In this document: positions 38,749 to 50,300 of the stretch, piece by piece
Layout of the letters: every line of letters begins with the position of its first letter
How positions within the stretch are numbered: the first letter of the stretch is position 1
Origin: Raillietiella orientalis
Taxonomy: Eukaryota
DNA: 64,000 bases
Direction: 5' to 3'
Assembly: GCA_036172245.1 (NCBI GenBank)
Contig: JAYWIR010000009.1
Span: 186,001 to 250,000, forward strand
Translations under genes and position numbers: made by a program
The notes under the pieces: model-generated
Told to the model about the DNA's origin: nothing
The model's database searches: none
Seen by the model: the letters and a program-made list of their open reading frames with translations, nothing else

Positions 38749-38778
38749 GGCATTTATCTGAAGACTTTGTAGTATGAC

Positions 38779-38784
38779 AATAAA
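38779..38784 (+). terminator. Putative polyadenylation signal of CNPY gene
   Basis: AATAAA 30 nt after the TAG stop. Confidence 0.55.
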
Positions 38785-38911
38785 ACATGACATTATTTGA
38801 ATAGGTGGAAATGATCCCAACAAAGGTGGGAGGTCTTTACACTGACCATCATTGTTAACCACCCTCACTGATGTATGATTTGCATATGAGAGGTCATATA
38901 AATGCTGTAGT

Positions 38912-39353
38912 ATGGCTAAGGTATGTAATGTAAGAGAGGTGGAAGAAATCAAAACCGGTGAGCCTTCTTCATCTGCAACAACTCCAATCAAAAAACAAAA
39001 AAGTAAGGATTTCTTTGAACAAGGTCTTCATTTCATCACAGTTGATATTTTATTGAAAGCCACTGCTGATGCACCTATAATGAAGCAGAAGAAATGGTCA
39101 GTGGATCCAGATAAAACCGTTTTCTGGGTAACAACGTTCATCAGGAAGTACCTCAAGATACCTGTGGATGAAACCTTGGTAAAATCCATTACCACTGCTA
39201 TTTTTGCCATCGCAGTTGTGGTGTTTTCAGATTGTATACGTGAATCAGTGTTTTGCCCCTGCTCCAGATCAAACAATAAAAAATCTATACATGTGTTTTG
39301 GCTCTACGAACACTCTGGTTCTGCACTACTGTTTAACCCATGCTTGGGGATGA
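38912..39353 (+). CDS. ATG12: Ubiquitin-like autophagy protein ATG12, 3 exons, 116 aa
   Basis: Exons 38912-39002, 39042-39178, 39231-39353 with introns of 39 and 52 nt. Product [22 protein letters not shown]...FIRKYLK...[22 protein letters not shown]...LVLHYC...AWG-stop, with the diagnostic C-terminal WG glycine used for ATG5 conjugation. Confidence 0.96.
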
Positions 39354-39510
39354 ATGTGCATACAGTGCTGAGTTTGAAACCATTTGAACAATAATATACT
39401 TGAATAGCATAACAAGATCCCTGCTTCTATTAATGGTTGCACTTGAGGCTAGTGGAATTATTCATTCACATGCATGGTATCCACAAAACATGTTGTATAC
39501 CTGAACTGGC

Positions 39511-39516
39511 AATAAA
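39511..39516 (+). terminator. Putative polyadenylation signal of ATG12
   Basis: AATAAA about 160 nt after the TGA, followed by T-rich sequence. Confidence 0.55.
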
Positions 39517-41028
39517 ATGTTTTTTCATATTGCATTCAAAATCATGTTGGCCCCATTTTCCTGCAGCAACAGGGAGAAAAACCCTTAAGTGTACTGAATT
39601 TTTATCAGCACTGTAGGCAATTTTTTTTTTTTTTCTTTCACTAACCAACGCGTTTTATGCTCACGTTTATTCTCAAGTCCTTATGCGTTGAAAAAAAAAA
39701 ATGTAAAGATCCTGTTTTTCAGAATGCTGAGTGCATGTGCATGTAACTTCCTGAGGGTTGGAATCTATGTTGACTGATTTCGGGTTTTGTAATGTTATGA
39801 AATTTGCCTTTTGAAACTGGCTGCCTCTTGCAGCAATGCATAAATCACTGATCGGGTGAAATTGTCGTTCGCAAGTAATTTGGAACCTTGAAGTGATTAT
39901 AATTTCCTTAGCAAGCCATTTGCCTTCCTTCTATTGCAGCGCTGCAAATTCGGGCTGTTTATCGAACTTGAAGATTGCTGTTCACGCATAACGCATTCGT
40001 GCTTACACTTCAAGTACTTGGAACTCACCCATGTTCCAATGCAAGAAGTCCTCTTGTCGGCCTTCTTTCTTCGCTCTGCTTTCGGCCAGTTTCAAGCAAG
40101 GCAGCTGCCACACTCTCGCTAAAGGTCTCGTCTCCTCCCACTCGCCAGCAGGGCGCCGATGGGAGCCAAACTGCAACACGTGTTTCGTGTTCTCACCGAG
40201 ATCGGGACAGGGCGTTTGGCCCTCTGTCTGCTGCCCCTTTCCCCCCGTGTGATTCGGTGTGCACGATTCTCCTGTGCACGCAATTTCGTACTGGCAGATG
40301 CATCTGCGGCTTTTCACGTTTTCCTTCCCGCGAATCACCAAAGGAAGGAACCTGCCGTGCCCACACCTCCTTCCTTGATGACCGTTTCCGATCCGAATGA
40401 AGAGCTGCTGGCAGTCGCCACCCCTCCCTCCCCAGGCTACTCGGTTGGTGGCTCGGCCCTTTGCTGGAGTGCCATGCACTCCTCCACTTTGGACGTTTTC
40501 ACCCGCTTTACGTGCTTGCGATGGTTTCTGCCACGCTCGAACAAAGCAGTTTTCTTGGGTGTCGGGAAGTTCCCTTTTTTGCTGCGGCAGTTTTCCAGAG
40601 TGGGCGCCGAAACGCTGCGTCGGGGAGACGCTGAAGGGAAAACGCGGAAGGATTTCTACGGCTCTATTTTGTTCGGTGACCGTTCCCCCGCTACGTCAGC
40701 GGGCAGCACCGCTTTGCCCACACGCGAGTCCAAGCGGACCACGCGCCTGCGCGCCTGCGTTCGATATTGCACTTTCCGGGCTCCGAGGACTCTTCTTGTT
40801 TTCCTTGATCCGGAACACACAGGCATCTCCGCAAGACCAAGGCGGCGGTAACGTATGAATATTCTCCGAATCTTCTCCTCGTGGCACCTATATTTACCAT
40901 CCCCTAATTGCGTTTGCAAATCCCTAACGTTACAGATGTACCGCTGTAATCGAATGCTACTATCCCCAAGTATTCTGACGATGCTGAATTTTTTTTTTTT
41001 TTTTTTTCGATAATTTGGCTTTGTTCGA

Positions 41029-41049
41029 CTCTCTCTCTCTCTCTCTCTC
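41029..41049. repeat. (CT)n microsatellite
   Basis: About 10 CT units, preceded by a poly-T run at 40989-41007. Confidence 0.9.
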
Positions 41050-41979
41050 ACTTTGCTTCGCAGATCCGACGTGCTGATGCTGGCCTTCGATGCAGCGGAT
41101 GAAATGAATACACCCATTCCACTGCTGCGTTTCTCCAGTCGGACTGCACCTCGATGTACTTCCAAAATACGTACAGGTGGTTCAACCGAGCGCCAAAGCG
41201 GTGGCGAGGTTGGTTCTCGGGAATTACCCTGCCACCCCGGCTCTGTTTGTGTCTCACAGGGATGCCGCGAAGGATTTCTGCTTCTTGCAGCTGCGAGATT
41301 CGCTCTGCCATCCGCCAGTTGATGATGGGATGCTTCTTGGATTGTCTCGATCGTGCACGGTGCACTGCCGACGCCCACAATTCGTCAGCGCTTCGCCAGA
41401 TAGGCATAGTGCGTTTGCACCCCAAGACGTCCTGGATCTTGTCAGTTCAGGAGCGGTCTCTCGGGGTGATCATCTGCTGTCAAATACCAAACGGGATGCA
41501 ACGTGAACAGGCAGTTAAGGCATTGATGATGAGTCACCACCAAGGGAGACTTCAGATGCGACTGCAAAGGTATGTACGTACATATATACATATGCAGCTT
41601 TTGGAAGATAAGTAACAGCTTCTTGCAAAAACTCACGTAAAAATTTTGCAGTTTTTTTTTTATTTTTTTTAAATAAACAAATAAATATAATTTTCAGGGT
41701 TCGTTGCTTCTTCTTTCTTTCTTCTGCTCCAGAGAAAAGGATTTCTCATTTCTGTTGGTTGTTTCCTAGCTGATACAACTAGCTTCAGGATAAACCGCTT
41801 GCGCTTCCGTTCGAGCACTCTGGACCACTTCTGATCTTCGAAAATTTATACATCTCCCCTATCCTACTGGTCAAACTACCTCCTCCTTCCCTCAACGCTG
41901 ATTTCAGAATCATGAATTGGAATTCGTCAGTTCAGGAGAATCCTCGGTATGGCTTTCCCAGTTCCGGATGTAATTTCAG

Positions 41980-41993
41980 GTTGCCATGGATAC
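41980..41993. promoter_or_regulatory. RFX X-box motif
   Basis: GTTGCCATGGATAC (minus strand GTATCCATGGCAAC), a full match to the GTHNYY-AT-RRNAAC consensus. Target gene unknown. Confidence 0.45.
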
Positions 41994-44284
41994 CAAACTA
42001 CTAACTTTTCGGCCCGTAAAATAAGTTGCCCCCCCCCCCCCGCCTCACAGGTGCTGCTTCCCTGGATTCGTACCGATCGGGAAAAGCTCTTTCTCTTCCA
42101 GAAATCCGAACATTCCGTGCCCGTCTCATCTGGCAACCCAGCCTGGGATGAGAAAGAAATGCCTACCGAAAAGAGATCTCATCCGACCTCATGCAAGAAG
42201 CGAAAGCTTTGCGCGTTAAGAAGGAGGAATGCGCGGCTCCATCGTATGGGAAACTGGTTCCAACTTGGTGATTCAGAACCGTGGGAGGGGGGGAGGAAGA
42301 AAAGGAAAGGAAAGAGGCGATGCTCTCGGGTCTGCAACACGTATCGGCCAAACGAAAGGACGAGATCCACTTGCTGCTGCGTCGCTTCTCCGTTCGCTTG
42401 ACGAAGTGTCACTTCCGAGGCTTTCGAGCTCTGCTTTCGCGTATCGCACAAGCCGTGCCTTGCGATGTGACCCCGGCGGCAGATGTGCCGTGTTGGAACA
42501 CGGCAGCGGTGGATGCGTGTGTGTTGAATGGAACGCGGAAGCGTGCAGTGCTGGTTCGGAATCTCGAGATGCTGCTGAGGATGCTGAGGAAAGAGGAAAT
42601 TCCACATTCGCCGTTCACTCAGTCGAACGTAACGCTGCGTCCGTCCAGATGAAAATTCTGTCTGCGACGTCTCTTTTCTCGTCTCGACTAAGCTTCCCTT
42701 CGGAGGCTGCTGGTGCAAGATGGTGTGCGAGAGTCAAAGTTGCACCGCGTGTGGTTCAGAGGAATCCTTCCATTTCTGTTCCTCTCTCGAGATCCACGAG
42801 CCAAGGCGTCCGTTTGCTCCGTGTGTGGGTGCTCTGATTCGTCCGCAGACAGTCTGTGCGCGCTCCCGGGAGCTTAAGGGAATCCCTGTAGAAAGTAAGT
42901 GCAGCGCCGGAGGAGGACCTCAGCATCCGTTATTCGGAGGTACTTTCCAGCGGAGGCGCGAGGCACGCCGGCGAGAATTCCTCCTGCGAGTTGAGTTCTT
43001 CCCGCGCAGACGGCCTTCGAGGCAGCTCTGAGAACCACTCCTGAGAGCCTGCGGAGACGCGAGCGTTTCAGTTTCCAGGTTGCCGAATGGGAATAAAAAG
43101 AAGATAACGTGACCCGATTGACTGACCTTTCTCTCAGGTATTTTTCTTGAAGCCGAAAGGGGTGATTCGGAGTCGCCCTCCGTCCAATGGAATCACCCGT
43201 GGACGTGAGAGACCGCCACGGATGTCGAGGGAAGCGGACTCTCCGTCGAGCGGGTCGCTTCGAAAGAGAAATTCGATGTCCCGGTGTGGCCGGTCAGGTT
43301 CCCGATTTCGCGAGTGCCTCCTGCGAGGATGGGGGGGGGGGGGGAAGAGGGGGAGGGGGGGAACCGTCGCCCGCTTCGGGAAGGCAAGGGCTCCAAGGGT
43401 TTCCCTGGAAAGACGCGCAGAAGGTTCGGCAAGGAGTCCCCTACGGGCAGCCCAGCGACCCGCTGGAGATCGAGCGGCGGAGGATCCTTCTCCTTTTCCA
43501 GGCATCAGCATTTTTTCCCCCCTTCCTGCCGGGTTTCGCTGACCGCGCCCGTACTTCCCCCGGGGAGAACACAATCCTTCCGAGTCTACCGAAGGAAGAC
43601 ACGTTTTTCGAAACGGTGCGCCCGAAGAATTCTTGCGCAGGTTAGGGCGAGGCGAGCGTAGTTCACGAAGAGAGGACAGGGAACCGCAATCGAGTTTGTC
43701 ATTATCATTTTCCAGGGTAGGAAAGTGAAAGGTGTTGTCATTCGGAGTTGACCTTCCAGGCATCGGAGTTTGTTTTGGAGCGTGATTCCGACGTGGCGCG
43801 TAATTGATGAGCCAAGTGACCCTCAGCCTGCTCGAGTCGATTTCATTGAGGTGGGTGGCAGCACCGACCATTAGCGCGGAATCGCAGATCCGCTGCCTTC
43901 CTCCCCCCTCCCTCCCGTCCCTCCCCGGCACGGTCCAGGCCTTCCTCGTGCCCGTCAGAATCCTCACTCCCTCGACCACGAAAACGATCCCGGAACTTCC
44001 CCCCCCCCCCCCTTTTCCTGACTGACGCACCTCTGGAGCGCGGCGGCAGGTCGGGATGCACCCGGCCTCCCTGCTTTCACGGAGAACTCGAGAGCCGCCC
44101 TTGGATCCCTGCAGCGATTTGATACAGTTGGTGCTGGAAGGCGACGGAGGCGTGTCTGAGCGAACGGCGGATGGATCCGACACGCGCGCTCCACCGGTGG
44201 ACGCTCGCCTCGATACCCCTGGAATCGGGCTGCTGCGCATCAGCCCTTCTTTCCGACATCTGCCCAGCACGCTTTACCCGTCTC

Positions 44285-44312
44285 GAGAGAGAGAGAGAGA
44301 AAGAGAGAGAGA
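44285..44312. repeat. (GA)n microsatellite
   Basis: gagagagagagagagaaagagagagaga. Confidence 0.9.
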
Positions 44313-47300
44313 ATCTCCCCTCGCCTCAGCTCCAAGAGAGAGCACCTTCTTCTGCATCCCTTCTGTATTTGAGAGTCAGCTCCAGCTACGAAGGCAGCCG
44401 AATGGCAGCGCGCGCGCGCTCATTACTCGTTTTCGAGACGCGTCAGCGGAAAGGATAGAAGCACATTTCTTGAAAGTAAATTGCCCCGCCGAGTCACTAG
44501 GAGTCATGGCTCCTAGGTCATTTGCAATTCCGATCATTTGCATTGGGAAGATCAATAACTGCGAAGGAGCAATCACAAGCTCACTGTCTCTTGGAATAGC
44601 TGGGAAATTTTCCGCTAATGATATAACAAGTGCGGGAGGATGCTGGTATCTGCCGTGTTTTATGTGTAGGTGTTTCCCTATTACGGCTACGGTTTGCGCT
44701 TCTTCGACCGATCTCGAAACCTATTATTATCGATCCATCCATAATCTGGTGCCTGTTGAAATCGTGTTCTTTCAAAGAGGAAACCGGTTCGCAGCACTCC
44801 AAACAAAACACGCCCCCCTCTCATTAACATGAAAAAATATTCATCGATTCTCTGGTCCTGAAGATCACGACGATATCCACCGCCGATTCTTCTCGTTCGG
44901 TAGAGATGTCATTCCCGGGCTCGAACAATCATCTCGGGCTGTTTTTTTTTTCCCCCAGCCCGAAGATCCGCCATCCGAAGCAGAACGCAGCGCGATGGCA
45001 AAGAACGCTGCCGAGCCGCGTCGGGAGAATCGGAGCAAAACGCACCGGGAGCGAGGGGGATCTGGTCACCCGGCTCTGGCACCTGCCATCGCGGGATGCC
45101 GCGCCCGAGGGAAGAAGCCACGTGACTTTTCGAATATTGTTGCCTCGTTTCCGGCACTGTTGCTTCACCCCCGCGTTGCTGTCACATCCACAGCGCGTTG
45201 CGACGGTGCATCGCAATCGGCTCCCGGTCCAGAGGACGAGATCTGGAAGCCGCATCCTCAATAAGAGACTTCCGCCGCACTCCCGGGAAGATCCCGGGAA
45301 GCTGCGGTGGCTCTCTCTGCAGGGCAAGACATGCTAGGAAAGGAGGAAAAGAAGGATCCTCCTAGAAATGTGGACGGATCTGGAAGGCTTGCGAAGCTCT
45401 CCGTGGCCAACTTCTGCCTCAGGGAGCCACCGGGGAGCAGCGGCGGCGGACTCTTCAGAGGTTCAGCCAGAGATGGGCCCCCGCCGCCATCCGCATCCAC
45501 GAGATCCTGCCGCGGAGAAGGCGTTCATAACAGAGCCAGAAGAGAAAAGGCGCAGAGGGGAGGAGAAAGGCAAACAAGCGGGGCGGAAGGATCCCATAAT
45601 CCAGGGAGGAAGAGGAAGGGGGAGGAGGGGGTTCTTCCAATCAGCGCGCCAATCATCCCTGGCGGACGGAGGAAGGGGGAAAAAGGCATCAAACGCGTTT
45701 CGTACTGCGGAGATGGAAGTGTACTAGCGAGAGCAGGGAAACCCCTCAGGGAGCTCTGGAGGCGAGCAGCAGCAGCAGCTGCCCTAGCTCTTCAGCTCTG
45801 GTGCGGTGCTGCCGGAGACGCTCTCGAGACAGTCGCGGCCCCGATTTCCAAGGATGGTGGGGATGGGAGGGTGTAGACGAGACGCCGCCTCACTCGTTCG
45901 GTTTCTGCGGCGGCACCTTCGCCAACAGGTATCGCTTAGACTGAAAGGCCCCTGGGCGAGGGTGTGATCAATGAAGACGCTGCCCTTGGCCAGAGGCGCC
46001 TCGCACCGCCAGTGGCAGGTGGTAGCTGGACCCTGGATGCCTCTGGACCAGCAGCTAGAGCAACGTCCATATTGCACCGGAGAGCCCGCGAAAGAACACG
46101 CTGGCGCGGGATTCTCTGGACCTGACGTTCCCTCCAGCAAGGAGGATCGGACTCCCGATGGTCGCTGGTCCTCTCCCGGGGGAGATCTCAGCTGAGAGAT
46201 CTCCCGGAAAGAAGGCTGAGGAAGGGGAAAGTGGCCCCCTAGTCCTCGTTCTAGCGCAGGCGCTCAGGGATGGCTAGTTGGCGGAGGTCGGCATTTCCTG
46301 GCCAGACGAGAGTCCTGCATTTTTCTCGGAGGCAAGTCCTGCTTGCCCCTCATCGAGAGAGACTTCTAAGAGGGAATGGGCGAGATGGCGGGGTTGGGTC
46401 ACATCTGATGAGGCCAGAAAGTGCTGGAGGGACGGAGTCGCCTCACAGAATGCGGAAGGCCGCCCCCGGGGGTCGAGAACACCGGCAGCTCGGTGCAGTC
46501 GGAGGGCCATCGGCTCCTCCCAATCTCTCGCGTCCTCGAAAGCGTGTCCCGGGGAGAGACGGCAAGGTGGACGCGACCCCGCGGGGCGGAGAGACGCGAT
46601 CCGCAGCTTCCCTTTCCCCCGGAGCCATAAAATTCGACTGGGCGATGAAAGCGTGCGGCGGCGCGAGGAGCGACCGAGGGACTTCCTTCGGGAGCGCCGT
46701 GATTTACGGCGCCCCCAGGTCTTTACGGCGGAGGGACGCCCTCCCGGGTTCGTCCGGATGCAGGTGGCGGCTGCGCTCCCCTGCGCGCGAGAGGAAAGGG
46801 GAGGAGGAGGAGAGATGCGCCGTATACTCTGGGTGACCTCCCTCCAGAGAGTGACCCCGGTAGACACCCCGGCCTCAGCCGAACCGAACCTGAAGGCTGA
46901 AAAGAGTGCGGGACCCGCTCGGCCGCGTAATGCAACCCCAATGTCCCTTAAGCCGCCCCACTTCCCGGGACTGCACCCAGAATTTCAAAGGCTAGCTCCC
47001 CTCCGGGGACGAAGTCTCGAACAGGTTTCTCTTGCAGACCGCCGATCAGCAGCATCGCCCTCAGGATCCACGTTACTGCGGCAACGCGGAATGCGCCTTG
47101 CTCTCCCCTTTCCCTGGGCAGCGGGGGCACCAGGATGGGCGAGGATCAGACCGAACTCGAGGGCTGGGGGCAGGGGACAGAGGTCTATCCAATGTTCCTG
47201 GACCCTTTTCTCGTTTCCTCCCTGAGGGCCGACGGAGAGGAGGGAAAAAATGAGGTTCTCCTCTGAGAGGTCTCAGAGCCAAAGTGATGTCCACCTGGAG

Positions 47301-50300
47301 CTCCCAAACTGCGAGCGGGCGAATGGGTAGGCTGCTCACCTGCAGTCAGGGAGAACCCAGGGTCCTCGGCATGCGCGAGAGCTCCATCGACGGTGCCTCT
47401 CGGACGAGCAGAACAAGTGGTGCCGCACTGAGAAAGGAGCCGGTTGCTTCCGGTGCCGCCGGTCCTGGAGTCACCGAGAGAAGCGTCAGTTGCCGCGGGC
47501 ATCAGGAGAGCGGCTACCGCGGAGGAACTCCAGGGTGCTCGCTGGCACTCAAGCGCCGCGCCCCCACCGCCGCGCGGCCGCTGGGACGGCGCCTCGGCCT
47601 CCTCCTCTCCAGCCCGCCTGTGCGCCAGAAAGGGGCGGCACCCTTCAGGGGCTCCCGGCGAGGGAGTAAACAGGAGTGGCCTTCTCTGGCCCCTTTCAAA
47701 TCCCGGTGGCAAGCTGCGGGTGAGGGGACCGCGGAAACATTTGCCGCGGAACGAGGCAGTCGACCTCGGGCCCCTGCTGAAGGTTCGGTCCGCGCCGAGG
47801 ATTGAGCTCAGCTCTGGAGGTGACGCGGTGGGAGCCAGTGGAGCAAAACGGAGCCATTTTGCTGCACCCCATCCCAACCCTCAGCTCGCTCAGCCTCTCC
47901 GCCTTCCTCACCTGCATCAGGCGGGAAAAGACGGGTGACCCTTAGAGCGCGCACGTGCTTCAAGGGTCGTCCCTCCTGTTGGTCTCCGCCACCCTCAGTC
48001 TCCTCTCCCCCACTCTTCGATCCTTCCCGGATAGCGCTTCTCTCCTTTCGCTCCAGCGGAATCGCTCCCTTCCTTCTTCCTGACCAGAGGAAGGCAGATG
48101 AAGAACATCGGTCCCTGCCCTCTCACCCCCTTCCTTCGAAACTCCCTTCCCAAGAGAGACCGCCTCTCTTCCCAGACGGCCAGAGGGTATGCTTCCTCAC
48201 CGCCGCAGGACGCTCCTGAAGCTCGGAAGCTTCGGAAGCACCTCTCGCTTTCCGCAAGGTCTCCGGGAAGGAGCCTCTCGTATGGTCCGCGAGGCAGGAA
48301 GCGGCATCTCGAAATTCCTCTAGCCTCCGCGTTGGACCGACTGCAGCGGAGGATCCTGACTCAGCGGCTATCGAGACCAGCGGAGACGAGACCAGCAACT
48401 CCTCCCTGCTTCCTCCGCCCTCCAGCGGGGAGGCGCATCGGGAGCGCGCCGTCCGGTGGGCCTCGCGTTCTGGGAGGCAGGCAGGGGGTGCGAGGAGCGC
48501 GCGAGTCCCCGCAGCTTCACGTGACGACCTCACAGGACCGAGTCCTGTTTACGAGCGGGAAGGGGTTCGCAGCCCAGCCCGTCCTCGCCGCGGAGATCCG
48601 TCTTCCCGCTCGACCCGCTCAAATTGATTTAACACGAGGTTCCCAGGGAGCTGTTGATTCCGACCCTCGCGCATGCGGTGAGGGTGAGGGCGCGTGGGGC
48701 GACCGAAAATTCCGCGCCCCACGCCAGCGCAGCCCCGCTGCAGCCTCTCCGGAAAACGCGCACTGAGCCGCGGGGGCTTTCGCACGCAGGACCGGTGCCC
48801 TTCATACCGACACCCCACTGCTGCCTCTCCATCCCCAGCGGCTTGCTCACTGTCCATCTTTTCCTTGCTCCCCTTTGGCTTGAAGGACTCGAGAATTTCT
48901 GTGTCTGCTCGGGCGACTGCGTTGACTATCTGGCTGTGTTGCCTCCGTTGCTAGGGGGGTCCTCTGCGTTGGTTCCGTTTCCCGCACGGCTTGCCTATTG
49001 TTGCCCCCGTTGATGGGCTGGCTCTCTAGTTGCTGCTTCTGCTGCTAGGGAGGGTCGGTGATTGTTGCGTTTCTCTTTTTGCTCAGCGGACGCGGCCTAT
49101 CGCCGGGCTCTCTCTGGAACGGATTCCTGACAGTAGCGCTTTGGCCCTCAGGGAAGCCCCATCGACTGTTTTTTCCTGGCCTGCAACACCAGTGGCAGCG
49201 AAAACCTACGAGTGCGGAACCAGGCTCCTCGGAACTCGGGGGCGAACGAGGTGGGCGCTGCTCACCGCTTGAGCAGGTTGACCCGATTTGCACGCGGACA
49301 AGCTGAGGGCGCTGCTGGGAGGTGCGCACGGCGTGAGACGGCCGCTGTCGGTCGCCGAATCCCCCGCGCGAGCTCGACGGGTGCGAGGTCGTCCCCTTTC
49401 GTCCGCTGCAGGCAGGCGCCCTCCTAGCCCGTACGCAGCGGCGGAGGCGGTCACCTGCGGTCGCAGCTGGCGTCCCTGCGGGGGGCGCTGTAGGTCGCAC
49501 GATCCAGTCAAGTCGGAGCGTTTTGGTCGCTCAGAGTCTCCCTTCTCCTCCCTCCTCCTCTTCCTGAGGACTCTCCTTTCCCAGAGATGGGCTCGGCGGG
49601 CGTTCGCGTCCCTCCTTCCATGGCCTCCTTCTCCCGAGGCGAAGGAGGGAGAGCGAACGTAGGGGCTGCGCGGCCGTGTGCCCAGGGCTCCGCTCCCCGC
49701 TCGGGAGACTTGCGGGAAGGGGGCGGGCCCATCGGCGGACCTTTCATTCCTCGCATTCCTGCCGCGCGCCTTCGTGCGCTCGCGTCCCCGCGGCGAGCCG
49801 CCCCCGAGCTGACCTCTCCCCCGCCCCTCGTCCCCGCGTGTCGTGGGAAGCGACCGGGCGGGACGGGCGGACGTCGGGCGGCGGCGTCCGAGCGAGGGGT
49901 CCCCGAGCGCGTAATCGCCGCCCCCGGGCGGGATCTTCCGCTCGCGCGGGCGTGGGAATCGGGGAGGCCGTGCGCGCCTCCTGCAGGAATCCGGATGGGT
50001 CACCACGAGGCGAAGGGTGTCGCTGGGCCCCCCGCCCGCGATCAGTCCAGGGGAGGGAGGGAGAGAAGCATCTCCTCGAATGCAATCGCCGGGCAACAAC
50101 GGAGGCGTACCTCCTCTCCTTCCCTATCACCCCGTCTCCCAGCCAAAGCGCGCGCAGGCAACCGCGTTTCCGAGGCAACGAGGGAACGATCGAGGGGAGC
50201 CGCCCTTTCTCCGTCGTCCCCCTTGGGCGGCCTCGGCGGCCCCTCCGTGGCTCTTGAGGAGAGGGGGGGACGGCATCTCTGAAGATGCGGCGCGCGGCAT

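Noticed and set aside
38897..38902. TATAAA upstream of ATG12
   Set aside because: Only about 10 nt before the ATG. A TATA-directed start would fall inside the coding sequence, so it is probably chance in AT-rich DNA.
41751..41796. Short hairpin with superficial resemblance to miR-9 (TCTGTTGGTTGTTTCCTAGCTG)
   Set aside because: Seed mismatch, several indels, and a stem too short for a pre-miRNA.
46176..46207. GC-rich hairpin GGGAGATCTC/GAGATCTCCC considered as a Helitron 3' end
   Set aside because: The nearest CTAG is about 30 nt away and there is no other element evidence. Such stems are common at this GC content.
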